This document shows positions 48,101 to 62,100 of a stretch of 64,000 bases of DNA, piece after piece (position 1 is the first letter of the stretch; every line of letters begins with the position of its first letter). The translations under genes were made by a program, and so were the position numbers. Source of the DNA: Klebsormidium nitens (taxonomy: Eukaryota > Plantae > Klebsormidiophyceae); the NCBI GenBank assembly GCA_000708835.1, contig DF237302.1:1-64000 (forward strand). Direction: 5' to 3'. The notes beneath the pieces were generated by a model that saw only the letters and a program-made list of their open reading frames with translations, ran no database searches and was not told where the DNA came from.

Positions 48101-51100
48101 ACTGAGACGTCCACTACTGCCTTCTCCGTTTCGACAAACGCTGGAAGTCGATGAACAAGTTGCATCAGCTGCTCATAACGGAGAGAAGGCAAATATTCAG
48201 AACCGTCAATATGGTTAGGCTTAATCACCAGCGGATGCTCCAGACCGAAGCCCCGTTGCCGGTGGTGGTTTTTCCCCTCGCCTTGTGCAATCGTACAACT
48301 GGCGTCAGGATTAGAATCTGTCAAGCGCAAGTGTGGTGCTCAAGTCGAGCCCCCACCGCTGCCATAACTCGTCCCTGCCATCCAATCTTCCACTCCGAAA
48401 AGAAAGTAGAAAGAGTAAACACGTGGTTCTCAGATTTGTGACGTACCCGCATTAACAGGTTGATATTTAGGGGCCTCAATGGCACGGCAAAGCGTGTCTC
48501 TTAAACCAGCGCGACAGCATCCGTAAGCAGGTGGTTGCAGCAAATCTGCCAGGTTCAGTCGTCGCCGGTAAAGGATTTTAAATGAGAGAGTACGGTTTCA
48601 AGCGAACGCACATCAATCTCGAAGTCAGCTGGATCGTATATACTGCCTCACAAGGATTCACAGCCGATGTTGCCACAGTCTCAAGGCAATCTGGAACTCC
48701 GATACCAGCCAGCCATCAGAAGGGTCCAACTGACATATGCAACATTTCCTACCACTCTTTGGGAAAGAATAAAAACACACTCACAGTGTCACGCCAGTGT
48801 GGCAACACATGAGATAGACTCGTATTCAATCTTCTTTACCACATCGCGGCCATATTTGTAGCTCGGCATTTGTCTGTGGAATGCCAACAACAGTCGTGTA
48901 ATGATTCCCCCGAAATAAGTGGGCAGACATTGCCCTAAGATCCAAACCCCGAGGCAGAATGGGTGAGCTTATGTTGGTGATGAGTCTCAGCACCTAAGGT
49001 TGGCGTCGAAAATCTTGCTGTCAATGTCGGAGGTTTGCTTTACGCAGACTTCAAGCTTTCATTGCCAGCCGCGCCCTAAAGTCAAGTTCGTTCGGAACAG
49101 AGTATAAGGGGCTACGTGGAAAACAACCAGTGCAAACATGATGACATGCTGCATGCAAGTCATGTCAACTTTGCATCTGCCAGACACGTTCATTCCGAAT
49201 TGACATAAGCAGGCCACAAGAAGGTCAAAAGCATGATCGTCCTTAGGCGGCGACAATAAACCAAGGCCTTCTCCATATGGGAAGAGAAGCGACCTCAAGG
49301 CAAGCATTCTGTTGCATGAGCATTCCAAGTTGCGAAGACATGCATTCATGTCATCGACAATGCTCAATTTAAGATACGGTATGTCGAAGAAAAGCGTTGT
49401 CGAAAAAGCATCGCAGCAAGGAATTGGGTTAAACAAGGAGAGGCCATATGGAGTCTGGCGGAGCAAACGGATCAAAAGCGGAACACACTCGCCATCAAGG
49501 CGCGCTTATCGTCTGGCCTTAGTGTGAAGACCGCGGCCGTGGGCTTCTGAGCCCAGGCCCTTATCATAACCAGCCCTTAATTAATAGAAAGGGCAGACAA
49601 CTCTGCCGTAATGGAACCTGAAACACTTGATCTTAGAAAAAGCATTTCCAAGAACCCGAGAGAGCGCGCGCTTCAGCCTTCCGCAGAACAAATCTAAGCT
49701 CATATAGCGACGCACGCAGTCGGCTGAGCACCGCTTTCTCTCTAACAAAAGCCGCTCGCCGCTTGCCGCTTTAGAGAGCACTGAGGTATGTTATCGGGGG
49801 CAACATCACTCTGTGCAGCGGAGGTTAGCAACAAGAATACTACAGCAATTATTTACACGCACACACAAGACGGTTATCTGCTCGAAGTGGAATCACGAGT
49901 GAACGTGATAAGGCATTGGTGCACCCACAGACTGGCTCCGCAAAATGCACACAATCAGGGCGGTTTGAGGGACAATAATACGGACGTACTTAAGGCGCCA
50001 AAAGCGCCCATACACGCGGTCGTTATGAGCGCTTCACGGCTTGACGGAGTTCAACGCCATAAAGCGAAAGTCAGGGGGAAAAGTTGGGTCCCTATGGATG
50101 GGCTCAGGAGTCGGGGCTTACAGACGGGCGTCAGACCCAAACGGGTGCGCTTGTGAGGCGGACACCGTCAGACCCTCAGTCATGACAGTCTATCTATTGC
50201 CGCTCAGCAGCAATTCGGACCCAATCGAACAACAGGCTTGCGCAAAAATATTGTACTTCCGTCAAAAGAGGTTGTGCTGGTCCAGATTCGACGATACAGG
50301 GAGCATAAGTTGCAAAACAAATCCGCTCAGAAGACAACATTGACAAGGGGCTGTGCGGCTCTCCATAGTAGAATGACCCAGACAGAAAAGCAAGGGGGGG
50401 CTGTCATTAGTAGTGGACCCCTGTACTCAATTTACCTCCATGTCAAGCGGTTCGTCAATCCGATTCCTGCCACTTTAGAAGGTTTGCAGTTCTGAACTGG
50501 TTGTCTTGGTCTGCCTTGTTTGGAGTCCTTGACAATTCCTAAGTTACATATCTTCAGCAGAAAATGAAAAAGGTTCCTTATCCTCCCCCTGAGAAATTTG
50601 CAGCCACGGACAGGGAGGTTTGCGATGATGTTTCGTTGATTTACAATGATGTGCGAAGAGCAGCAATTACTTGCTTGAGTATGGCACGCTCACTCTGTCT
50701 GTTCGGTCAAGTCCAGTTCTTCTTGCCGGTCCAGGTCGATCTTGTTCCCAGCAATCGCCAGCACAATGTTCCGGCCCGCCATTTTCTTGAGCTCCTTAAC
50801 CCAGCTCTTAACCCGGTCAAAACTGTCCTTGTCGGTGACATCATAGACGAGGAGAGCGGCTGCAGAAGAAACGTCTCCAAGTTTCAGTGGAGGTCAAAAA
50901 ACGAGGAGCTACATACTCCCCCATGCTTAGTGCGTGCTTCGCTCCGAGGGAGAGAAGGAGAAAGTGGTGAGCAACCGGACTCTGCCTCCGTCGGTCTTCA
51001 AAGATTCCCCAGGCTACTGTGTTGCCCCCCAGAGAAGACGCAAGGGAAGCAATGCAATCATTGCTTACTAACTTTATCGTGGATATCAAACCGCGAAGGA

Positions 51101-52497
51101 AGCCGCGTTCAACCCCAACAGAAGAGGCACGAAATATATAAGATGCTCTGTATGACCAACCTATGACTTTGAAAACAGTCTGATTACTATTCTCATGTGG
51201 AATGAACCTGCCTTCCTTCCCCAATCTTGTGCATACTTCCGCCTTTTTTAGTTGCAAGGATCTGCTTTCCGCGATTGCCTATTTCCTCTGAAGGGGCAAG
51301 CATTGCAAAGTCACTGATCAAAGTAAGACAAATAGGAACAAAAGCTTTCTTACTAGAGACTACTGTATTTGCAGAAATCTTTGCCCGAACAAAACATCGA
51401 GTCCTGTGACAATTCAACTCATTGAAGTCATCATCGAAGGTCGACTCACGCAAGAAACGCCATTTATGAGCCTGACTCAAATTTGAAGTTCAGTTCAACG
51501 TCCACAACAAGACATAGACACAAAAAGGACATGGACTCACCATCGGCATCCCGATAATAGATTGGGCCTAACGAGTGGAACCTTTCCTGTCCCGCCGTAT
51601 CCTGTAGCCCACCAACCAGAGTATGTTCAACTTCGCCGGTCCAATGATGAAAGCTCAACTGCCAATAACCCAGTCGAGCATGGCTCACATGGGAAGACGG
51701 CACACATTGCTTTTTGAGGAGGCCCCGCAGGAAAGCTGATGTGAATTATGGGAGACTTGGGGAAGAAATCCACAATGATGATCAAACTCAATGCTTGAAT
51801 GCCAAGCTGGGCAAAACCTTAGCAACAAAGTACTAAGCAAGCGGCAACTCTGAATTCTGTCTTTGACAGACACACACAGCAGGCATCAACCAAGGCGATT
51901 TTACTTTTTGGGCTTCCATGACACCCTCCAGGATCTTTCTGCTGAATCCTTCAAATTAGGGGTTTTATTTCTTCAGGATCAGCACTACATTGACAGAGAA
52001 GGAAATGTTCTAAGCATATGCAAAGTGAGAACTCACCCAGATGGACAGGGCAACAGAAGTTTCTGCATCAACCAACACCTTCTTTGAGAGGAAGGATGCC
52101 TGGATGGTGGCTTGCTGTGTGTCAGAAAATTCGTCCTTGGCAAAGCGGAGGAGAAGTGATGTCTTCCCCACGCGGCCTGAAGCAGAGAGTGGCTCTGATC
52201 AACAAAAGAAGCTCCACCATCACGACAAAAGGACGAGATAGCACCGGAACAGCAGGGAGCTATTAAGCTCAAAAGGGTATCAGACTCTATCCAGAACAGC
52301 TGGGGGAGCGGCTCTTCTCAAACTGGAAACAAAAGCTAAGAGCTTTTGTTGCAAGGCTGCAAGTACATCTCAACAGGGCGATGACTACGGCCCAAACTCA
52401 GAATCAACGTGCAGCGCTTAGATCGAATCAAGTAGCTCTACTCACCTTCTCCCAAAAGAACTACCTTCAGGTTCGCAGCAGGACTTGCAGCCCGCAT
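45172..52497 (-). CDS. RAB21: Rab21 small GTPase, 213 aa
   Basis: Six exons: 52497-52446, 52176-52037, 51601-51541, 50859-50694, 45713-45625, 45305-45172. They total 642 nt in frame. G-boxes GEGRVGKT, WDTAGQE, GNKID and TSAK are present. The ATIQASFL effector loop and [14 protein letters not shown] are Rab21-diagnostic. C-terminal CCS prenylation motif. Confidence 0.93.
46203..46249. other. Perfect 15-bp stem, 17-nt loop hairpin in Rab21 intron 4
   Basis: gcagggacaaaggca (46203-46217) is the exact reverse complement of tgcctttgtccctgc (46235-46249). Confidence 0.85.
47008..47100. promoter_or_regulatory. Bipartite motif module, copy 1
   Basis: ggatcaaaagcggaaca (47008-47024) plus agcccaggccctt (47088-47100). 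The same pair recurs at 49469-49562. Confidence 0.45.
49469..49562. promoter_or_regulatory. Bipartite motif module, copy 2
   Basis: ggatcaaaagcggaaca (49469-49485) plus agcccaggccctt (49550-49562). The offset is 81 nt, against 80 nt in copy 1. Confidence 0.45.
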
Positions 52498-53140
52498 CGT
52501 TCTGCTCCAAGCTGCCACAGCTGCTCAAAGCCCTAGGTATCTTGGGCTACACCGGACAGGGGCAAAGTGCTCTATCCGCTTCCAGCAGCCGCCCTTACAT
52601 GCCACGATACCTGCATGCAAGGGAATATTGCAACAACTGTCCCAGATCATAGATGAAATTGCATGAGCATGCCGTGTACAGGGGCCCAGACAGTCAGCAT
52701 TATGATACTGTATCAGATACATATACCTATACCCACTTTAATACTTTACCCACAGTCACCAGACTGCGGTGTGAACTGGAATCAACGCACTTTCAGCCAC
52801 TCGATCAGAAATTTGAACAGCATCGGACGGGGTAGGACGCCTATGTTTCAAAATTCAAACTCAGGGCCAAACGAGCACATCTATCACGATGGAATGCTCT
52901 GTAGAGCTTGGATATCTAGCATTCTGAGAACCCTTCTAAAAAGGGGCAATGCTTGAATGGCGTCATTTGTTCAGTGATTTTGAAAGGATTTAGAAATTCC
53001 TGATGCGCTAGGAAAGCTGCAGGGCCCGCTCTATTGTTTACCAAGTTTTTCAGATGCGCCATGCGCTGGTAATTTGGAGACACAGGGAGGGCTCATTTGA
53101 GAGGATGACCAATTGACAGCCATCTTTTCGTTTCTAGAAG
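52498..53140. promoter_or_regulatory. Divergent intergenic region (about 640 bp) between RAB21 and CEP135 start codons
   Basis: Head-to-head ATGs at 52497 (-) and 53141 (+). Shared regulation is inferred from geometry only. Confidence 0.5.
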
Positions 53141-56100
53141 ATGGGGGCGCCAAAGGTGCAGGATGCACCAGGAGAGATAGCTGCCCTAAAGCGGAAGCTT
53201 GAAGCGTTGAATTACATTGAAGGCGTTGAGGGTGTGAACGCATACTCGGCTCCTTTGACAAAGAGACTCCTAGACGATGTCGTGCATACCACTGAGAGAT
53301 ACCGCTCTTTGAAGATGCAAGAAACTCGAAAGTCATACGAGCTGGAGAGCGAGAGGAAAAAGGCAGAACTTCTGCGGCAGGAGAATGGGAGGCTGCTGAA
53401 GGAGAACAACGAGTTGCACCTGGCCCGGATGAAGGACGCAGAGGCGAGCCGTGCAAACGAGAGGAGCAGCTGGCTAGCACAGAAGAAGTCGGAAGATGAG
53501 CTGGCGGAGCTGCGGTTCTGGAAAACGCAGGCCGCGAGCAGATTTGAAAGCTTGGAAAAGGAGAAGGATGGGTTACGATTGCAGCTACAGAAGCAGCTGG
53601 GAGGTACAGAGCCCCCCGCTCCAATTCACACCACCCTTCCCTTGCCACATCTGACCTGCAGGACATGTGTTTTAAAGCCTGAGCAGCTTCAGTACTGCAA
53701 GCACACTAACTGGTTACTTCATATACCGAATGGTTTAGCGTAGGCACACCTTGTCTCGGACGGAGCCTCGTCAGCCAAGCTGGCCTTGAAAGGTCTTTAT
53801 CTGCTTGGCGATCACGTGCTTGGTGTACACTTTATGAAGTCTGGACCTGTCTCATGCAGGTGATATGGATTTCACCATCTCTGATCCACTAGGTGAGCTC
53901 ACTCTCAGAGTCTCAGCAAACGCAAAGCTGGTCATCTGGACGGCTGGCTGTTGGTTTGAATCAGTTGCATTTATAACAATGGGCAATGTGCTGAGGTTCT
54001 TACACAACATTTCAACCCTGTAATTTGTGACCCGTGTCTACCATGACGATATCGCCCCCACAGTGTTAAGAGTGCTTACATAACTGTGATACATTGTCTG
54101 CAGTCCCCCTGACAGACGAAGGTGCAGTGGCAAGATTACCTGCGGCCAAGTTGCCTGACTCAGGAGTAATTGACTTGGTCAGGTGAGTTTGTGTCGCAAT
54201 TTCTTGGTGACTGATCATGAGTACTTCGGTGGTCCCTCAAGAGCTGGGCATGAAGTTGCAAATGATGGATTTACAGATCAATTATTATGAATAAAACAAA
54301 GGCAACAAAAGCCACAAGAGGGAAGAACGGGGGGCTCGGGAGGGCGGCATTCGAACAAAGAAGAGGGGGCTGCAGCACTATACCTCACTCACAAATGAGA
54401 TGGCTCGCAACTCAAAACAGAATTGCTTGATTTATTGGCAACTCGAGTGTGCCGGTCAACTGCTGCGTGCAACACTAGAAGAAGCCATTGAAACCATCTG
54501 AATGCTGTTCAATAGGCGTTGGTTGAAAACACGACAAGTGTGTCCATTCTCGCTCTTAGCAGTGAAAGGGGCATTCTCAAGTCTGGGTGTCACCTCTCTT
54601 AAAACTGCTTTAAGTGTACAAGTGGTTGGACTCGGCTGTCAAAATATAATACATGTGAGACAGAGTCTGCTGTAAAACCTGCCCTTTTGGCACTTTTGCC
54701 AGGCTGTCAGACGAGAGGGCGGCCACCAGCGCCGAGCAGATCGCTTTCCTGCAGGCCCAGCAAGCAGAGCTCAGCGAGTTGCTGTCGACAGCGCAGGTTT
54801 GACTTTGACACATTAAAAGCTTTATCAGCGTTGTGCCAATCCATTTCGATCCCTGCTGCAATCTGCCGTCTTGCTAGTAGCCTGCACCAGCCACCGCTTT
54901 GCCGATTCTGTAAAACTGTTTTGGAACTAAAAGGTGTTGCCTGTCGTTGTAGCCCAGGGTAATCTGCATGATAGAGTGACCCAGGTATCACTTCTCCTGA
55001 TGCATAACTTGGCTTTACAGGCTACGGTGCAAGCACGAGAAGAGGAAGTTCAGCGCTTGACACGATTGCTGGAGGGGGGCCGCAATGTTGACGACCTCTC
55101 CGCAGGTGCGTGCAATACTACCCATAGAGCAGGCCCTTTGTAGTATGCGCTGTCTTTGAGTTCCTCGAAGAGAGCAATCTGAATTTGATCATGCTTATTA
55201 AGCCTAGGTGAGATCTTACAAGTCAAAAACGGCTTCCGGTTCTTGTGTTCGGATCCTAACGGCTGGAAAATCTCCAAGCCCCTCTCCTTGTTGCCCTCAG
55301 TCATACATCTGGTCCCTGTCTGTGCTTTCAAACCTAATGCAGGAGTCGTACACGAAGCACAGCGCTGTCAATGAGAAGGCCGATGGAGGTCCTGCTCTCG
55401 GACTTGCTTGCACAGATTGCCATAACACTGACCATAACCAGAAGACACTTCCATACCTACATACATAACTTCTTGCTTCCTTACTTACACGATTTCTTGC
55501 AGAGCACGAGAAGAAAGCGGCAGAGGAGCTCCTCACTTCCTTGAATCACCAAGTGGAGTACATGACGAAAGAACTGGCCGCGTTTGACGAGGTGAGGGTC
55601 ACATTTTTACAATGACTTAGCAGTACGATTTTCGGAAGGGGCTGAAGTCTCTCTTGGGACTGTGTCCAATTGACCCATACGAGGCCGACCTGCTGCATCA
55701 TTAGTGTTCCTGCGATTCATCAACCCGTCCTGCACACTCCACAGTAATATTGCTCTCATAACACGTCACTGGAAGACCATGCCCTCTCACTTCGTTTAGG
55801 TTTAAAACATGCTAGTCGAAGATCAGACCCTTTTCCTCACCTGTCCTTAGTCCCTGTCTGTTTCGTACAGGTGTCCAAGAAGAAGGAGGAGGCAGAGCAG
55901 CGGTTGCAGCAGGCGGAGGCTAGGGTCAAGGCCTTGACCGACGAGGTGGCCGAGCAGGAATCTCAAGCCAAGAAGGTACGAATGGGCAGCGGCACGCACG
56001 TTTTGTTTGTCGATTGAGAGTTGACGCGACTTGTCAAATACTGTGATGTTGGGAAAACGACGTACGGTGTTTGGTGTGCGCCAACCATGCTCTTGCAAAT

Positions 56101-59100
56101 TACCACTCTGTGCAAGTAGCACCTTGCTTGAATGACGACATTGGCTGTTTGGGCGTTACTACAAGAAATTTTATCTGGAAGAAGCGGCGGTCCTCGTTGG
56201 CGGTGTCGGACCACTTCGAGGCCTCAGCCGATCGTTTCTCAGATATGCATCGAATCTCCTGGGCATATGTCAAAATCCTCATTGCCTCCTGATTTGAAGG
56301 CCGTGACGCGATTCCAGTGCTGACACCATCCGGTATGCTCCTGCTTCTAACTCACACCTTTGCTCCTCTTCAGTTGGTCAAGGAAGTTCTCGAAGTCCAC
56401 TCCCTGCTCGGCCCAGCACCCGCCTCTGCTCCAGGCGAGTCAGACTCAGCGTCCGCTGATTTGTCGGAGAGGATGGAGGCCGTAAAGGGTTCGTTACGAG
56501 AGCGTATAGAGGAGCTGCGGTCGAAGATGGCTGGGGAGAAAGAGGAGCTGGAACGGCTGAGGGAGGCGAGTCAGAAGCATCATGAGCAGGTGAAGGCGCT
56601 CAAGCGGAGAGTCGGCGACCTGGAGAAGGAGAAGGCGGCGTCTGCAGAATCGTCACAGCGGTTAGACCACCCTTTCACTTACTTGTACTTTCCTTTTGGC
56701 TGATACTTGGAAGCCGGAAGTGTCACTTTGTTCGCTAGCTCCAAACGTTGAGAAATTCAATAACATGAAAGATGGGAGGTGCCATGTTGTTTGCCTGCTG
56801 CAGAATACTGAATCGCGAGTGTACGAGTGAAGGCTCACTTGCCTTTATTGCCTTTCATGATACTGGGACCGAGTAGGAAGGGCCGAGATGAAGCAAGGGT
56901 CTAGACTGCACTTGAGAAGTCTTACTGTACTTGAGAAAGGCATCATGCATTTCAATAACGGAAAATGGAACTTTTGTGTTGAAGAAGATCGACGGCAGAC
57001 GTAATGTGCCTGAAAATATGGCCACAGATGATGCCCACAGATGCAGACGCTTTGAGAGGGTGGAGGTCTATGTTCAGACACCGATTTTTTGAGTCCTTGT
57101 TCTGCTTACGAAGAGGCCAAGCGAATCTGACAAGATGGAAGGTCTAGTCCAAGCTCTTCAGATGGTTCCCCCATCTTCTGACTGTCCTTCAGAAGTTCTT
57201 CGAGGAGCGCTGATCACTTTCTCCGCTTTTTCGACGTTTGCGCTGTCAAGCCTTTAACGGACGTCAGCGCTGCTTCTCTTTGCAGGACCAAGGACGAGCT
57301 GGCAGCTGCGATGCGGGAGCTAACCGGGGCCAAGAACGAGCTGTCCACCAAGCAGATGCGGATTCAGAAGCTCGGCCAGGACTGCAAGAAGCACAAGGAA
57401 GCGGTGGCAAAGCTGGAGGCCGAGTGTCGAACCGCCAAAGAAGGGCTGGAGGCTGCCAGAAAGGAGACGGAAGCTGCTCGGAGGGCTCTGGGGGGGAGGA
57501 ACGGTGCTTCTGGCGCAGCGGCGCAGCCGGTGGAACAGGATGGGGCGGCGACAGAGCTCCGGAGGAGAGTCGAGGAGCTTGAGAGGGAGTTGCGGGAGGT
57601 CGATGAGCAGCGGCGCTCCGCAGAAGCGTTGGTGGAGTCACTGAAAGTGGAGTCGGAAACTTTGAAGCGGGAGCTGGCAGGGAGAGACGAGGAAGTGGTT
57701 CAACTGCGTTTGGAGGTGGAAAGAAGCGCTGCGGAAGGGGCAGGTGGACCAGCGATGACCGGAACTGAGTCGGAGCTCGCTGCGAAAGACGCGCTTCTCC
57801 AGGAGTTGAGGCTGAAGTTGCAGGAGGCGGAGCAAAGGGCCGCTCTTCTGGCGCGGGAAAAGGAGGCGCTGGTCGCCGAAATGCAGTCTGCGTCAGCAAA
57901 CGGCGCAAACGGCGACCAGCTGCGGGAGCTGCAGTCGATGCTGGCGACTCTCCAGGAGGAGCTGCGGCGACGAGACGAGAGCGACCCGGGCCGTCCAACA
58001 ACTACCTCGGGGACTGGGGAGGGTTTCGAAAAGCCGACTGTATTGGACGTGGAAGGCACCCGGGAGGAGAGTTCGTTGCCAGCGGGATCGACAGAAAGCG
58101 TGCAAGGTCAGTACGGAACGTCGGGGCTCCAGGAGGGTGACGTGGCACGGCTGAAGCAGGAGCTCCTCGCTGCCGGGAAGCAGATTGAGGCAGTCACGGC
58201 CGAGAGGGACTCGCTGAAGGGGAGGGTCGAGGAGTTGGTAGCGCAGGTCTCGGAGTTGCAGTGGACGGTGTCGGCGCTAAAAAGAGCAGCGGAGCTGGGG
58301 TTGCAACGAGCGGCGGACAGCGAGGGGGCTGACGCCGATGGGGAGGGCGGTCTGCAGGCGGCCGTCGATAGGCTGCGATTTGAGCTGGGCGAGAGGGAAG
58401 CGGACCTGGCGTGTCTGCAGGAGGACTACGAGGTGCAGGCGAAGAAGATGCAGGAGACGATGGAAGTAAGTAGTCGGTCGTACTCGCTCCCTTTCCTTGC
58501 TAAAGTTGCCGTTGCTAAGCGAGACCACAGCTGATATTAGAACACGTACTGGGCGACGGAAAACGCTCCAAATAGTGCTGCTCGTCAGCTATTTGTCGAG
58601 CCATCGTCCTTTGTGGCTACCTTTAGTTGCAAAGTCGATCTAAGTTGGTGACGAGTCACTGTGTCCTTTGGCCCAACAGTTCTGCAACAGATCTGAGTCT
58701 CTTACTCCGCTTACATGGAGCAAGTTCCATCTTTGAGCGGAACTTCTATCGTCCCTGACTGATCCTGGATGGTCGATTCAAGTACGGTGGCTTTTGTCAA
58801 AGTTCACGTGGTAGCGCTTCAGAACTTCTATGAACGATCATACTCATCTCTACCTGTGCGCTCTGACATGGCCGTCTTTTGAGATCTGTTCATCTCATTA
58901 CGTTTCAAAGGTTGTCGGACGCCCAGTTATAACTCCTGTAAGGCCCCTTAAGCTGAACGGCGAACGAGAGAGACCTAAGCCTGTGGGCAACTTTGCTCTT
59001 GTGTGCAGGAGCTCAGCCAACGTGCCGTAACGCTTGAGAAGACCTGCGCGTCCTTGGCCACGGAGAAGGAGCGGGCCGAGACCAGCCTTGAGGAGGTGAC

Positions 59101-62100
59101 GCTCTAAGCATCCTCTTCCCCTGGACAATCTATATTCAGTAGAGACTTTTGTCCTTGATTTACCTCGTAAAGAGAATCTTAGACCTGCCACTGACCAGCG
59201 AGGGGACCCATGATCTGGCGCGGAAGTGCTTTTGTTACTGGATTGTTCTAAAGACTGCGGCTCATCGTTGGCGTGGTCAGCAGATCATTCTGTACCCTCG
59301 ACGGCGAGAACGACTAACCTCACCCAAGACTGTGTCCATTCAGTTGGTTTTCGCAGTGTTTGCGAACGATCCGGTAAAAGGTGTAAAACCTGGCGGAACT
59401 TTATCCAGACTTTCCGGTTTCTTTGCGTCCGCGTGCAGGCGGTTGCAAAAGCGAAAGAGGCGCAGGCTGAGTGCCAAAGGCTGCAGGAAGCTGAAGCCAA
59501 GCTAGCCACAGACCTCGACAAGGTGACAATACAGTCCCTTCGCGCTCACTGACAAATTTTAACGCGCCACAGACATAGGACACGACTTGCTCGGTGATGT
59601 TGAATGACATCCCTTGATTCTGTCAGTAACCACTTGCTCAGGGCTTTGATTGGATGCCAGACTCTCTCTTGAAACCCGTTGAATGGAGTTCAGCAGCCCA
59701 CTACCAACAAGCTTTAGTTTCTCAACTGGAAAAGGGTCGGTTGATCGGACGACTGCCGGAGGTGCACAGCGTGTTGGGCAAGCGTGCTATCTAACACCAC
59801 GCGCGTTCGTCCTGCCAGGTGGAAAAGCAGTACGCCGCTGCCAGTAAGGACCTGCAGGATTCACGGTCGGAGGGGCTGCGGCTGCGGCGGCAGCTGGCGG
59901 AGGCTGATCTGGTGAGTCGGTGATCAATGGAGCACGTCGCAGAGTTCCCATTTCACGTGGTAGAGCGCGGAATTCGTTTGTGTTCTGCAAAAAAGGTCCT
60001 CTTTACTGTGGAAATCACAAAAAGCGTCTCTTGTGTACGGGGTCTGGTCAATGCTTCGTGGTTCGAGAGCGCAGATCACCGCTCGAGTCCAGTCCGCCAT
60101 ACGTCGAGATCAGTGCGTCTGGGGAAGCGGAGCACTTTCAGAATTGATTGTTTATCCGAGTGATCTGAAGTCACCTTCCCTTGCACAGGGCATGGGAACG
60201 CAGTCTCTTCAAGGCGACGAATTGCAGCGGCAGTGCGTCACCCTAAGGTAGGTCTGCTTCGGTGCAGACTGGATTTGGCACTTCCCTCAATATGGTCCTG
60301 TGTTTTGTTCTGCATAGATTTCTGCTTCTACTCTGCCTCTTTCACCAAGTTCGACATTAATACTCCTGCTTGCTCTTCTCGTGTTCGTCAAACCCTCTAG
60401 ATGCTGTGGAAAGTCCTCACTGGCAGGGATGAGTAAGCGGGTCTTCGTACCCGGCACTCAGCGGAAGACAGCGACGTTTCAAACTCATGCGTGCGGCTTT
60501 CAAGCTGGACAAGCAACTTTCCTGACGCTGCACACAAAGTTGTTGCAGGCAAAGTCTCCAGGCGGCGAAGCAGCGCGAAGACTCGCTCGAGACGCAGGTC
60601 AGTGAGTTGACGACTCAGCGCGACAAGGAGCGGAGCGCCGCGTCAAAGGTGCGGGAAGAGCTACTCGAGGCGAAGTAAGTACTCCTACTTTCTATGAGCC
60701 TGGTGGTTCGGGAACGCTTCCGGAAAAGTGACGCACTCAATTGCTGAGAACAACCGCGTGTCAAATCTGATAGGCAACGGGTGAGCAGGTGCAGTAGCAA
60801 TCCGTTGTGAGGGTTTCGATACTCCGGTCTCGAGTCGGAAACGGTCAAAGGCGCTCGACCATTAGGGGCATGCCTGTCAACCGCGAGCCCTCCTCACCAG
60901 GGATGGCGTGACGGCAATCAGAGAAAGAGAGCTTTACCTGCTGGTCTCGTTACACCAACTTCTGAAAAACAAAGTATCAAAATTTCAAGTTTCAAGGCTG
61001 ATATGTGTTTGGAAAACATCGTTCAAGCTTTTTGTCCCGAGCGATCCTGTTGGCGGTCAGGGGATCAACATGGAAGCACCTCACCGTCTTTCGTGGGGTG
61101 TCCCGCACGACCTGTTGATTGTCGACTCGAATCTGTTTCTGATTACTCCTCGATTGCCTGGATACGAATTTTGGAGCCTCACAGTGGCGAACGCTCTTTC
61201 AGGCACCAGCTGGACAACGCCGAGAAAGACGAGGAGCAGCTGAAGACGCTGATCACCCAGCTGGACTCGACCAGGGAGGATCTGGTGAGCCTGCGACGGT
61301 TGCGCACAGATTGCTCTCAAAACTCCTCCGTGAGCACAAGGTCCTGAGCCACTTTCGTGTCAACAACTTTGGCCAGTATCCTTTGCTGGCCGCTTTGACT
61401 CGATTGTCGGAATGTAATGTCATTATCGGTCGTAAAGTACCACTTTGTCTCGAAGCTTCCGTGATCCACAATAAAAACGCGACCGGGTTTTTGATTTGTG
61501 CGGTGAAGCATCGCTGGAGCATAAACTTGACACTGCCCTTGTCGAGGTAGCGAGGAGCAAGAAGCAAGCAATGGTCTTGGCCGTTGCAAAAAGTAGCGCA
61601 GACCACCTATTACAACGTTCCCAGAACCCCGGATATTAAGCTTCGAATTTAAGGGGTGATTGCTAGCGGTCTTCCTTCTGGTCGGAATCAACCCTGCGAT
61701 CAAGCAATGCTTCCGCTCAAGCGTCTCTTTGCGAACCCCAGGATTCAATTTGCAGATGCTACCAACCATTCAGTCAACACGTGCAAGCTCTGAGGAGAGG
61801 CAGGACGTGGTCAACAGTCTCTTCAGACTAACACCAATTGGCTTCTTCAACCGCAGACACGCAGCTTTCATCTCATCTCTCGTCGCTATTGTCAGGAAGC
61901 TTTACCAACTACAATCCTGTCTCCTCTCCAGGTCACGAAGCTGCGGGCCTCGTTGGCGGCGGAGCGCGTCGCCAGCAAGCGCGTGTCCAGCCTGGAAGAA
62001 GAGAAGGCGGGCGTGAAGCGCGAGCTAGACAGGGCCTCTGCGGAGGTCGCCCAGCTGCGGCAGGTCATCGAGGCGCTCGACCGAGACAGGGACCACATGC

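Noticed and set aside
51780-51860. [10 protein letters not shown] resembling a duplicate of Rab21 exon 2
   Set aside because: Similarity is too short, and the true exon 2 (52176-52037) completes the frame.
57264-58059. Long minus-strand ORFs (245 aa and 119 aa)
   Set aside because: Antisense shadows of the GC-rich CEP135 coiled-coil exon.
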